DNA of 46,321 nucleotides from Treponema sp. (GTDB lineage: Bacteria > Spirochaetota > Spirochaetia > Treponematales > Breznakiellaceae): contig QKCO01000016.1 in NCBI GenBank assembly GCA_003245635.1, forward strand, positions 1-46,321. Reading direction: 5' to 3'. Shown in pieces: positions 28,348-36,958 of this stretch (position 1 is the stretch's first letter; each line of letters opens with the position of its first letter). The notes below the pieces were generated by a model that was given only the letters and a program-made list of their open reading frames with translations, ran no database searches and was not told the origin of the DNA. The translations under genes and the position numbers were made by a program.

Positions 28348-29445
28348 ATGTGGTTCCGGAAGCAGCCCGCGGAAAAGCGGCTGATCAAAAACGAGCCAAC
28401 GCAGCGCAAAAGGACCGACTTTTCGGTCAACGCCGTCGGCATCGCCTTCTTCGCCGCCCTCCTTTCCTTCGCACTCGCGGTCAGGATGCTGGTCGGCCGT
28501 TCGCCGACGCTCATCGATCTCTCGGTCCTGGTCGCCACCCCGATCGCGGTCATGGGGATAATGGCGCTCTTCCCCCGATGGACCGTCGCGGCCAAGGTGC
28601 TGATCCTCGTAGCGATCGCCGCCGCGGCCCTCAATTTCGGAGAAGCGAGTCTCGCCTTCGCGTTCGCCTTCACCGGCGCCATCCTCGCCCCCGCCGTCCA
28701 GAAAATGGAAGAATGGGAGCGGGCGATCATCCTCCGCTTCGGCGCCTTCCACCGCGTGCGCGGCCCCGGGCTTTTCCTCGTGTTCCCCTTCGCCGACCGC
28801 ATCGCCAAGACGGTTGACCTCCGCATCCGGGTGACGGACTTTTCCGCCGAAACGACGCTCACCAAGGATTCGGTGACCGTCACCGTGGACGCCCTCTGCT
28901 TCTGGATGGTGTGGGACGCCGAGAAGGCCGTGCTCGAGGTCCAGGACTACCAGGAGGCGGTGGTGCTCTCCTCCAAGACGGCGCTCCGCGACGCGATCAG
29001 CAAGCACGACTTGTCGGCCTTCCTCGAGCACGGCGACGCGATCGAGGAGCGCATACGGGAGGAGGTCGACAAGAAGACGACCGAATGGGGCATCACGGTC
29101 CAGCACATCGAGATCACCGACATCCAGATTCCCGAAGCCCTGCAGGATTCCCTGAGCCGCCTGGCGCAGGCCGAGCGGGAGAAGCAGGCGCGCGTGTACC
29201 TGGCGGCGGCCGAGATCGAGATCGCCGAAAAGCTCGAGCAAGCCGCCCGGATCTACGACGCGAACGGGACGGCGATGAAGCTGAAGAATCTTTCCATATT
29301 GAACGAAGGCCTCAGGGCGGGCAATTCGATGATGCTCGTGCCCAATTCGATCACCGAGGAGCTCAGGACAAAGGACCTGTTCGGGCTCGAAGCGCTCGCG
29401 GAGCGCCGGCGGGAGGCCAAGGAGGACGAGCATGGCGGTAGTTGA
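28348..29445 (+). CDS. SPFH/band-7 (stomatin/prohibitin-like) domain membrane protein
   Basis: N-terminal multi-TM region, then a band-7 core (ERAIILRFGAF...VDLRIRVTDFSAETTLTKDSVTVTVDA...) and a coiled-coil tail. Confidence 0.75.
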   Translation: MWFRKQPAEKRLIKNEPTQRKRTDFSVNAVGIAFFAALLSFALAVRMLVGRSPTLIDLSVLVATPIAVMGIMALFPRWTVAAKVLILVAIAAAALNFGEASLAFAFAFTGAILAPAVQKMEEWERAIILRFGAFHRVRGPGLFLVFPFADRIAKTVDLRIRVTDFSAETTLTKDSVTVTVDALCFWMVWDAEKAVLEVQDYQEAVVLSSKTALRDAISKHDLSAFLEHGDAIEERIREEVDKKTTEWGITVQHIEITDIQIPEALQDSLSRLAQAEREKQARVYLAAAEIEIAEKLEQAARIYDANGTAMKLKNLSILNEGLRAGNSMMLVPNSITEELRTKDLFGLEALAERRREAKEDEHGGS

Positions 29446-30115
29446 GACGACGAACCTGGTGAAGGACTACGCCCTCAACGGGCTGTCGGTGCACGCCCTG
29501 CGCGGCGTGAGCCTCTCGTTCGAGAAGGGCGAATTCGCGGCGGTAGCCGGCCCCTCCGGCAGCGGCAAATCGACGTTCCTGCACCTGGTCGGCTGTCTGG
29601 ACGCGCCGACCGCGGGGAAAGTCTCCATCGAGGGAACCGATGTCTCGGCGCTTTCGAAAAAGGAGCTCGCCCTCCTGCGGCGCGCGAACATCGGCTTCAT
29701 ATTCCAGGCGTACAACCTGATTCCGGTGCTGACCGCGGAGGAGAACGTGTCGCTTCCGCTCACCCTCCTGGGGCAAAGCAAGGCGGAGGCGCGTTCCCGC
29801 GCAGGCGAGGCGCTGGCCGAGGTCGGCTTGGCCGACTACGCCAAGCGGCGGCCCAAGGAGATGTCCGGCGGCCAGCAGCAGCGGGTCGCCATCGCCCGGG
29901 CGCTGGTGAAGAAGCCCTCCCTCATCCTGGCCGACGAGCCGACGGCGAACCTCGACTCCAAGACCGGCATGGAAATCCTCGAGCTCATGCTCGCGCTCAA
30001 CCGGAGCGTCGGCACCACCTTCATATTCTCCACCCACGACAAGATGGTCATGGACTACGCCCGGCGGCTGATCCTCCTCAAGGACGGTGCGGTCGATTCG
30101 GAGACGGTCAAATGA
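29432..30115 (+). CDS. ABC transporter ATP-binding protein (MacB/LolD-type)
   Basis: Walker A GPSGSGKST, signature LSGGQQQRVAIARAL, Walker B ILADEPT. Confidence 0.9.
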   Translation: MAVVETTNLVKDYALNGLSVHALRGVSLSFEKGEFAAVAGPSGSGKSTFLHLVGCLDAPTAGKVSIEGTDVSALSKKELALLRRANIGFIFQAYNLIPVLTAEENVSLPLTLLGQSKAEARSRAGEALAEVGLADYAKRRPKEMSGGQQQRVAIARALVKKPSLILADEPTANLDSKTGMEILELMLALNRSVGTTFIFSTHDKMVMDYARRLILLKDGAVDSETVK

Positions 30116-31851
30116 CCGCCGCGAGCTTCCGCGACATCGCCGGCATGGCCTTCCGCAACCTGGGGCGCCATCGGGTCAAGACGATCATCACGACGACCGC
30201 GGTGGCCGTCAGCGTCGCGCTCTACATCTTCATGGACGCCTGGATACTCGGCATGAACCTGGACTCGCGGCGGAACATCATCGCCTACGAGACGGGCGCG
30301 GCGAAGATCCAGACGAAGGCGTACTTCGCGAAGAAGGACGAGCTGCCGATGTACGAGAGCTTCGGCGGCTGGAAGGAGCTTTCCGCGGCGCTCGCGAAGG
30401 CCGGCTACGATTCGGCGCCCCGATTCGCGTTCGCGGGCACCCTCTATTCCCGCTCCGGCACCGCGCCGATGGCCTTCAACGGCATCGAGCCGGACACGGA
30501 ACGGAAACTCCTGCGCTACTCGGGCTTTCTCGAAGCCGGCCGCTTTCCCCGGCCGGGAACCTTCGAGATGGCGATCGGCACGCTCGCGGCGGACAAGCTG
30601 CGCGTCGGCCTCCCGCGCCGGGCGACGAAAGCTGAAGTCGAGGAACTGGCGGCCGCCGCTTCGACGGCGGAGGACGCCGCCTTCGTGCGGAGCCTCTACG
30701 TCGATTTGAAGGAAGGCGTCAAGCGCTCCTTTTTCGGTTCCGCGGACGAGGAAAAGCTGAAAGCCGATGCGGCCAAGCTCGCGCTCAGGAAAGACGCGCC
30801 GAAAGCCGACCTCGAGCGGCTGTGGGGCATACTGGCGGCAGCCGGGCGCATGGACGTGCGCATCTCGACCGTGATCGACGTGAAGGCCGTGCCCGAAACG
30901 GTCGGCGCGCGGAAATTCGAGGAAGACCTCCTCCCCTCGCTCAAGGATGACGCGCGGAGGACGGTTTCAGCCGCCTACGAGAGGCAAGCCAACTCTGGCG
31001 ACTACCGCCTAGTCGAGACCGACGCGGCCAAGCTCGAAACGGTGCTCGCCGCGATGACCGGCGCGGACTTCCCCGGCGCCATCCGCCACGTGAACCAGCT
31101 CATCGACGCGGTCGTGGTCGGCGTCGTGAACGCGCCGAATCCGAAGCTCAACGGCAATATCGCCTTCATGCCCCTCGGCGCCCTGCAGGACGAGACGGGC
31201 CTCATGGCGCACGGCCGAGTCACCGAGCTCCTGATCCGCAAGACCGGCGCCAAGGACGAGCGGCTTCCGGGCAAGGACGAATCGGCGGCGGCCATCCGGG
31301 CCGCGCTCGTAGAGAGCCTCGCCGCGGAAGGGAAGACGCTGCCGGACAGCCTAGAGGTCCATGGCTGGAGGGACTACGTGGCCGACTATCTGGCGGCCTC
31401 GAACGGCGACAACGTGACCACGCGCATCATGTCGGCCTTCCTGTTCATCCTGGCGTTCATCGGCATCGCGAACACGATGCTCATGGCCATCCTCGAGCGG
31501 ACCAAGGAGACGGGAATGCTGCGCGCGCTCGGGATGACCGACTCGCAGGTGCTGCTGGCCTACGTAATCGAGGCCGGCTGCGTCGGCGCGATCGGCGCGA
31601 TCATCGGCATCGCGCTCGGCTGCCTGCTCAACATCCCGATGGTCACCCACGGCGTCGACTTTTCGGCGATGAGCAAGGAGATGGGCGGCGACATCGGATA
31701 CCGGGTCGCGTCGCTGTTCAAGTCGGCCTGGAATCCGGCCACGGTCGTCGTCACGGGCTTCGCCGCGACGATCCTGTCGGCCGCGGCGGCCATCCTGCCG
31801 ACCCTGCGGGCGCTCCGGATGCCCGTGACCGACAGCTTGCGGTTTGAGTAA
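30112..31851 (+). CDS. ABC transporter permease, FtsX/MacB-like, with a large extracytoplasmic domain
   Basis: 579 aa with N-terminal TM, a periplasmic domain of about 400 aa and a C-terminal FtsX 3-TM bundle. Confidence 0.8.
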   Translation: MTAASFRDIAGMAFRNLGRHRVKTIITTTAVAVSVALYIFMDAWILGMNLDSRRNIIAYETGAAKIQTKAYFAKKDELPMYESFGGWKELSAALAKAGYDSAPRFAFAGTLYSRSGTAPMAFNGIEPDTERKLLRYSGFLEAGRFPRPGTFEMAIGTLAADKLRVGLPRRATKAEVEELAAAASTAEDAAFVRSLYVDLKEGVKRSFFGSADEEKLKADAAKLALRKDAPKADLERLWGILAAAGRMDVRISTVIDVKAVPETVGARKFEEDLLPSLKDDARRTVSAAYERQANSGDYRLVETDAAKLETVLAAMTGADFPGAIRHVNQLIDAVVVGVVNAPNPKLNGNIAFMPLGALQDETGLMAHGRVTELLIRKTGAKDERLPGKDESAAAIRAALVESLAAEGKTLPDSLEVHGWRDYVADYLAASNGDNVTTRIMSAFLFILAFIGIANTMLMAILERTKETGMLRALGMTDSQVLLAYVIEAGCVGAIGAIIGIALGCLLNIPMVTHGVDFSAMSKEMGGDIGYRVASLFKSAWNPATVVVTGFAATILSAAAAILPTLRALRMPVTDSLRFE

Positions 31852-31861
31852 GGAAAGCGCT

Positions 31862-33127
31862 ATGCAGCAGAAAACGGGCGGGCTCGGGGAGCTCGCGACG
31901 ATAGCCTACCGGAACATCTGGCGCAACGGCCGGCGCACCGCGCTCTGCGTCGTCGCCGTGGCCGTCGCGGTATTCTTCAACATCTTCATGCAGGCCTGGA
32001 TCGACGGCATGCTGGACAGCATCGAGGAAGTCGTACGCACCTACGAGACCGGCCACGTGAACGCGGTCTCCTCCCGCTTCGAGGCCGACAAGGAATACTT
32101 CCCCGTCCAGTTCCCCCTCGCCGACGGACGAAACGCCGATCAGCTGATCGCCGAGATCGACGCGGTGCCGGGCGTCCAGGCGGCGGTGCCGCGGATCACC
32201 GCGTACGCGACCCTCTTCGACAGCACGGTCAAGCACGCGCTCCTGTGGGGCATCCGCATCGATACCGAACGGAAGATCAACCATTTCAACCTGACCGACC
32301 GGAACGACGGCCTCAAGGAAGGGCGCTACCCCGGAGAGAATGAAAACGCCTGCGCCATCGGCTTCGAGCTGGCCCGCAAGACGGGTCTCAAGGTCGGCGA
32401 CAAGCTGCCGCTCAAGACCGTCTCCGCGCAATTCTCCGACAAGTACTGGAGCCCGACGGTAGTCGGCATCTTCTCCTTCGACTACGCCAAATACGACGAG
32501 AACGTCGTCATCGTCCCCTTCGAACGGCTCAGGCGCATCCTGGTGCTCGGAGAGGGGACGCAGCAGCTGTTCGTCTACGCGAAGAACGGCGCCGACAGCC
32601 CGCGCATCAAGGCGGAGGTCTCGCGCATCCTGGGGCAAGGGAATACGGTGCGGGAATGGACGGACAACTACTGGGTGGCCGTCATGCGCCAGAGTTCGTT
32701 CATGTACACGATCGTCTACGCGGTCTTCCAGATCGTCGCGAGCTTCCTCATCATCAACACCGTGCTCATGGTCATCCACGAGCGCATCAAGGAGATCGGC
32801 ATGATGGGAGCCCTCGGCATGACCCGAAAGGAGATCGTTCTGACCTTCTTTTTCGAGGCGGTGTTCCTGAGCGTGTTCGGGGCCTTCGCCGGCTGCCTGA
32901 TCGCCGGCATCGTCACGAAGATCGGCTCGCTCTTCCCCATCGACATCGAGCTGTTCACCGGCGGCGGCTTGAAGGACATGCCGCTCTCGAGCACGCTCTT
33001 CATCGCCTTCTCGCCCGCGCTCCTGGCGAAGGGCTTCGTCTTCGGCGTCGCGGTCTCCTCGATCTGCACGCTGATACCGTCCCTCAAGAGCGCTTTCATC
33101 GAACCGGTGGAAGCCCTCCGGCGCTGA
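31862..33127 (+). CDS. ABC transporter permease, FtsX/MacB-like
   Basis: Start at ATG 31862 (MQQKTGG) preferred over 31844 because of the AAGGAAAG RBS. C-terminal FtsX 4-TM domain. Confidence 0.8.
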   Translation: MQQKTGGLGELATIAYRNIWRNGRRTALCVVAVAVAVFFNIFMQAWIDGMLDSIEEVVRTYETGHVNAVSSRFEADKEYFPVQFPLADGRNADQLIAEIDAVPGVQAAVPRITAYATLFDSTVKHALLWGIRIDTERKINHFNLTDRNDGLKEGRYPGENENACAIGFELARKTGLKVGDKLPLKTVSAQFSDKYWSPTVVGIFSFDYAKYDENVVIVPFERLRRILVLGEGTQQLFVYAKNGADSPRIKAEVSRILGQGNTVREWTDNYWVAVMRQSSFMYTIVYAVFQIVASFLIINTVLMVIHERIKEIGMMGALGMTRKEIVLTFFFEAVFLSVFGAFAGCLIAGIVTKIGSLFPIDIELFTGGGLKDMPLSSTLFIAFSPALLAKGFVFGVAVSSICTLIPSLKSAFIEPVEALRR

Positions 33128-33148
33128 GCCGGATTCAAGGAGAAATCG

Positions 33149-33904
33149 ATGCGAACGATGCGAACGGCGGCCCGCCTGGCCGCGGCGATGGCGGGCCTGA
33201 TATTCTCGGCCGCGGCCTACGCCCAGACGCCCTCGGCGGCCGAGCTTTTGAAGAAGGTGGACGATAACGAAATATACGCCTCCATCACCTATTCCGGGGA
33301 GATGACGGTCGAATACCGGGGCAAGCGCTTCGTGAAACGCTTCAACGCGGCGGCCCGCGGCTCGGAGGAAAGCTATATCGAGTTCGTGAATCCCGAGGAC
33401 GCGGGCACCAAGTACCTCAAGAAGGGCGGCCGGCTCTACGTGTATTCGCCCGACACCGAAGAGGTGATGCTCATTTCGGGGCACCTCCTGAAGGAATCGA
33501 TGATGGGCTCGGACATGTCCTACGAGGACACGATCGACAACGACAAGCTTTCGGTCCGCTACACGCCGACGCTGACCGGATCGGAGACGATCGGGGACAG
33601 GAAGGCGTGGGTCCTCGACCTCAAAGCGAAGAAGAAGACCGAAAGCTACCCGCGCCAAATGCTCTGGATCGACGCAGGGAACGGGGACCTCCTGCGCTAC
33701 GAGCTCTACGCCCTCTCGGGGGCCAAGCTCAAGGAGTATGAGCTGATCCGCGCCGAACCGATCGGGAGCCGCCGCTTCCCCGTGGAAGGCGTCATGCGCG
33801 ACCTTCTGCGGAAAGGAAGCCGGACCACCTTCTCCATGACCGACGTGAAGCTGGACGCGCCGGTCCCCGAATCGACCTTCAGCATGCGGAATTTGGAGCG
33901 ATGA
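33149..33904 (+). CDS. LolA-like outer-membrane lipoprotein-sorting / carrier protein
   Basis: Signal peptide, 251 aa, LolA-like beta-barrel pattern; occurs in its usual context beside MacB-type transporters. Starts with the tandem duplicate ATGCGAACGATGCGAACG. Confidence 0.55.
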   Translation: MRTMRTAARLAAAMAGLIFSAAAYAQTPSAAELLKKVDDNEIYASITYSGEMTVEYRGKRFVKRFNAAARGSEESYIEFVNPEDAGTKYLKKGGRLYVYSPDTEEVMLISGHLLKESMMGSDMSYEDTIDNDKLSVRYTPTLTGSETIGDRKAWVLDLKAKKKTESYPRQMLWIDAGNGDLLRYELYALSGAKLKEYELIRAEPIGSRRFPVEGVMRDLLRKGSRTTFSMTDVKLDAPVPESTFSMRNLER

Positions 33905-35037
33905 GGACTTTAGGCTCCGTTCGGGCGGCGCGCGCAGCGGCGGCCGCCGTTCTGGCGTTCGCCGCGGCCGCAGCCCTGAACGCCGCGCCGTCAAGCTTGA
34001 ACTTCACCGGGTCCGCGGAAACCCTCCTCTCGGGCGGCGCGCTCGACGACGAAGCAGGCGGCGGCGCCTTCTTCGGCGCGGAGCAGTACGCGAACCTCAG
34101 ACTCAAGGCGCGCTTCGGCGACCGCGGCACCTTCTACGGCGCGCTCAACCTGATCGCCGCGACGGGGGCGCCCGTCGCGGCGGGCGGCGATTCCCTGCTG
34201 TCGGTCGGCGACAACTACGCGGCGGCGCTCGAGCTCGAGCGGCTCTACTACCGTATCGAAAGCGACGCCGCGGACGTGGAGGCGGGGCTCATGCGCCTGC
34301 CTTTCGGCTACGGCCAGGCCTGGAGCCCGTCGGACTTCCTGAGCCCGCGCAACCCCATGCTGCCCGACGCGCGCACGCGCGGAGTCCTGGCCGCCGCGGC
34401 GAGCGCCTACCCAGACGACCGCTTGAAGCTGAAAGCCTTCGCCGTCGCGCCGAAGGACGCCGAAAGCGCCGACGGCGCCGGGGCTGTCTTCGGCGCGACC
34501 GCCGACTTCCACGCCGAACGCGCAAGCGTCCAGGTCCTCTATTCGGCCGAAGCCCTGTCGGAACCAATCCACCGCGTCGGCCTCTCGGCCAAGATCGAAG
34601 CCGGTCTAGGCATCGCGCTCGACGCGCTTCTCACCGTCGGCAGCGCCGACGCCGCAAACCTCGACGCCGACGCGGCGCTCGACGGACTGCAGGCGAGCGC
34701 TGGCTTCGACTATTCGTTTTTCGGGGGAAACCTCTACGTGCTGGCCGAATACCTGTGGGACGGCGGCAGCGCGGACAATCCCGGCGCCTTCGAAGGCGGT
34801 AACTATCTCTACGGTTCGATCGTTTATTACTTCGACGACTACACGAGCGCGACGCTCGACTGCGCGGCGGCCCTCGACGACGGCTCGCTCGCGCCGGGCC
34901 TGACGCTCGGCTACGAACCCTTCCAGGGCTTCAGCCTGAGCCTATCCTGCCGGACGCCGCTCGGCGACGGCGAGTACGGACCGAGCGCCGAGAATCCGCG
35001 GCTGACGGTGAGCGCGACCGCGAAAGCCAAATTCTGA
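33901..35037 (+). CDS. secreted protein, probable outer-membrane beta-barrel (C-terminal Phe)
   Basis: Signal peptide (AAAAALNAAPSS), Ala/Gly/Asp-rich with alternating hydrophobic pattern, terminal ...ATAKAKF. Confidence 0.5.
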   Translation: MRTLGSVRAARAAAAAVLAFAAAAALNAAPSSLNFTGSAETLLSGGALDDEAGGGAFFGAEQYANLRLKARFGDRGTFYGALNLIAATGAPVAAGGDSLLSVGDNYAAALELERLYYRIESDAADVEAGLMRLPFGYGQAWSPSDFLSPRNPMLPDARTRGVLAAAASAYPDDRLKLKAFAVAPKDAESADGAGAVFGATADFHAERASVQVLYSAEALSEPIHRVGLSAKIEAGLGIALDALLTVGSADAANLDADAALDGLQASAGFDYSFFGGNLYVLAEYLWDGGSADNPGAFEGGNYLYGSIVYYFDDYTSATLDCAAALDDGSLAPGLTLGYEPFQGFSLSLSCRTPLGDGEYGPSAENPRLTVSATAKAKF

Positions 35038-35088
35038 GCCTCGCGCAACTCGGTTGACGATCGGCGGCCGCCTTCGTATGTTCTCCTT

Positions 35089-35844
35089 ATGGTCGGATTG
35101 CCCCACGAGCAGGCCCTCAACTGGTTCCTCTACTTCACCGCGACGTCCTTCATGGGCTGGATCATCGAATCGGCCTACCGGAGCGCGATCGAACGCCGGC
35201 CGGTCAATTCGGGCTTCCTTTCCGGCCCCTTCGTCCCGATCTACGGATTCGGCGCGCTCGCGATCGCGGCGCTCGCGCGGCTGCTGGTCCACGCCCACGG
35301 CAGCCTGTACTGGGCCGCGCTCGTCGCCGCTCCGACGGTCCTCGAGTACCTCGCGTCCTTTTTCCTCGAAAAGGCGTTCGGCCTGCGGCTTTGGGACTAT
35401 TCGAACGAGGCTTTCAATCTGCGCGGACGGATTTGCCTGCTCTATTCGTTTTTTTGGGCGGCGCTCACCGCGCTGACCGTCTACCTGTTCGAACCTTTCC
35501 TGATCGGCCGCATCAACGCCGTGGAACCGTACGCGCGGTATTTCCTTTCGGGCGCCTTCACGATGTACTTCGTAATGGACACGATCGGCTCGAGCCGCGC
35601 GCTCATCAACTTCAAGGCCTTCGTCTCCGAGCTCAAGGAACAGATCGCCCGCAGCGGCAGCGCGCTCCTGCCCGCTTTGGAAACGGAGGCCCGCAAGCTG
35701 CCGAGGGAAGTAAGGCGCCTTCTGAAGCCGCTCAAGGCTTTCCCCCTGCTCGCCCGGCACCTGAATCCATTGCGGAAGGGTATTCCCGACTGGATCACGG
35801 CGCGCCTGGAATCGATGATCGGAGGACGCCATTTCCGACGCTAG
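35089..35844 (+). CDS. PF06541-type membrane protein (putative ABC-transporter type IV, CmpB-like)
   Basis: N-terminal motif FLYFTATSFMGWIIESAY...GFLSGPFVPIYGFGA matches the DUF1113/CmpB pattern. Confidence 0.6.
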   Translation: MVGLPHEQALNWFLYFTATSFMGWIIESAYRSAIERRPVNSGFLSGPFVPIYGFGALAIAALARLLVHAHGSLYWAALVAAPTVLEYLASFFLEKAFGLRLWDYSNEAFNLRGRICLLYSFFWAALTALTVYLFEPFLIGRINAVEPYARYFLSGAFTMYFVMDTIGSSRALINFKAFVSELKEQIARSGSALLPALETEARKLPREVRRLLKPLKAFPLLARHLNPLRKGIPDWITARLESMIGGRHFRR

Positions 35845-35953
35845 GGAGTTCGCCCGCCGGTCCAAGGAAGAACGGCTCTGCGCCAGGGACGAAGAGTTCG
35901 CGCGCATCGCCCGGCCGATCGTCCGCTCGGCGGCCTACGGAAAGATACGCGGC

Positions 35954-36352
35954 TTGCCGCACCACGACGCGACGCTCGCAGACCACTCGGTCGCGGTCGC
36001 CTTCTATGCGTTCAAGATGGCGAAGCTATGCGGGATGGCCGGCAACGCGGATCAGATCGTGAGGGGAGCCCTACTCCACGACTTCTTCCATTACGACTGG
36101 CGGACGGCGAAACCGCGCAGCGGAGGCCTCCACGGCTTCGACCACCCGCGCGAAGCCCTGGAGAACGCCGAAGAGGAATTCGGACCGCTCACCCGCATAG
36201 AACGGGACTGCGTGCTCAGGCACATGTGGCCGCTTACGCCGATTCCGCCGCGCTACGGGGAAAGCCTCCTGGTCTGCCTGACGGACAAGGCTATAGCCCT
36301 CCAGGAATCCTGGAGAGCGCTGCGGAGCGGGAAGGGGCTCGGAGTGCTGTAG
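35954..36352 (+). CDS. HD-domain phosphohydrolase-like protein
   Basis: H..HS.AVAFYA...LLHD motif. Only a TTG start is available at 35954, and the in-frame open sequence extends upstream to 35819 with no ATG or GTG. Confidence 0.55.
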   Translation: MPHHDATLADHSVAVAFYAFKMAKLCGMAGNADQIVRGALLHDFFHYDWRTAKPRSGGLHGFDHPREALENAEEEFGPLTRIERDCVLRHMWPLTPIPPRYGESLLVCLTDKAIALQESWRALRSGKGLGVL

Positions 36353-36360
36353 CCGGGGAC

Positions 36361-36567
36361 TCAGCCTTCCTTTTTCTTCGTCGAAATGCCCAGCGGCAGG
36401 TAGAGCGGGCAGAACGCCACGACGGCGGTCAGCAGGAATACGACCGCGAGGATGCCGAGCACGACTGCGGCGACGCCGGTGATCTGACCCGTGAAGAAAA
36501 GCACCGCGACGACTATCGCAAACGCGATCCTGATAAGCCGGTCAACCGTACCCATGTTTGTCTTCAT
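36361..36567 (-). CDS. DUF2892 (YgaP-like) small membrane protein
   Basis: Start ATG at 36567 with GGAGG 5 nt upstream. MKTNMGTVDRLIRIAF...FCPLYLPLGIST matches the DUF2892 pattern. Confidence 0.7.
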   Translation of the reverse strand: MKTNMGTVDRLIRIAFAIVVAVLFFTGQITGVAAVVLGILAVVFLLTAVVAFCPLYLPLGISTKKKEG

Positions 36568-36574
36568 AAGAACC

Positions 36575-36588
36575 TCCATATATATGGA
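36575..36588. promoter_or_regulatory. 14-bp perfect palindrome TCCATATATATGGA in a divergent promoter region
   Basis: Perfect palindrome lying immediately 5' of, and overlapping, the DUF2892 RBS, and about 75 bp upstream of the TM1266-like regulator start. Confidence 0.35.
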
Positions 36589-36661
36589 TAATATACAACC
36601 TTTTGTGGAGAGCGCGAGCAAAATCGCCTATACTTGTCTAAAACGCCGCTCGGAGGGACCC

Positions 36662-36910
36662 ATGGACTACACGATTCTCGCGCTCAAAATCGGAAACCGC
36701 GAAGGCACCGCCCAGTCGATCCAAGCGATCCTGACCGAATACGGTTGCCTTATCAAAGTACGGCTCGGCCTGCACAACCTGCCGCCCTCCTCTTGCTCGC
36801 CCCTCGGCCTGGTGATCATGGAGCTGGTGGGCGAGGACGCCGAAATCGAGGCCCTGGTCGACAAGCTCAACGAGGTGCCCGAGGCTACCGCCAAGCTGAT
36901 CTCGCTCTGA
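36662..36910 (+). CDS. TM1266-like small regulator (putative iron-only hydrogenase system regulator; NikR C-terminal/ACT-like fold)
   Basis: 82 aa, ATG at 36662 with GGAGGG upstream. The pattern ILALKIGNREGTAQ...LIKVRLGLHNL...LVIMELVGEDAEIEALVDKLNEVP resembles the TIGR03959 family. Confidence 0.55.
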   Translation: MDYTILALKIGNREGTAQSIQAILTEYGCLIKVRLGLHNLPPSSCSPLGLVIMELVGEDAEIEALVDKLNEVPEATAKLISL

Positions 36911-36924
36911 CGATTGAGTTCGGG

Positions 36925-36953
36925 GCCGGCCGACGCCGGGACGTCGGTCCGGC
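36925..36953. terminator. GC-rich hairpin between the convergent regulator and hydrogenase-like genes
   Basis: GCCGGCCGACG-ccggga-CGTCGG(t)CCGGC forms an 11-bp stem with one bulge and no U-tract. Confidence 0.3.
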
Positions 36954-36958
36954 ATGCC

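Noticed and set aside
31751-33994. 747-aa minus-strand ORF antisense to the FtsX permease and LolA-like genes
   Set aside because: Antisense to well-supported genes; the translation is Arg/Asp/Gly/Glu-rich with no domain pattern. High-GC antisense artefact.
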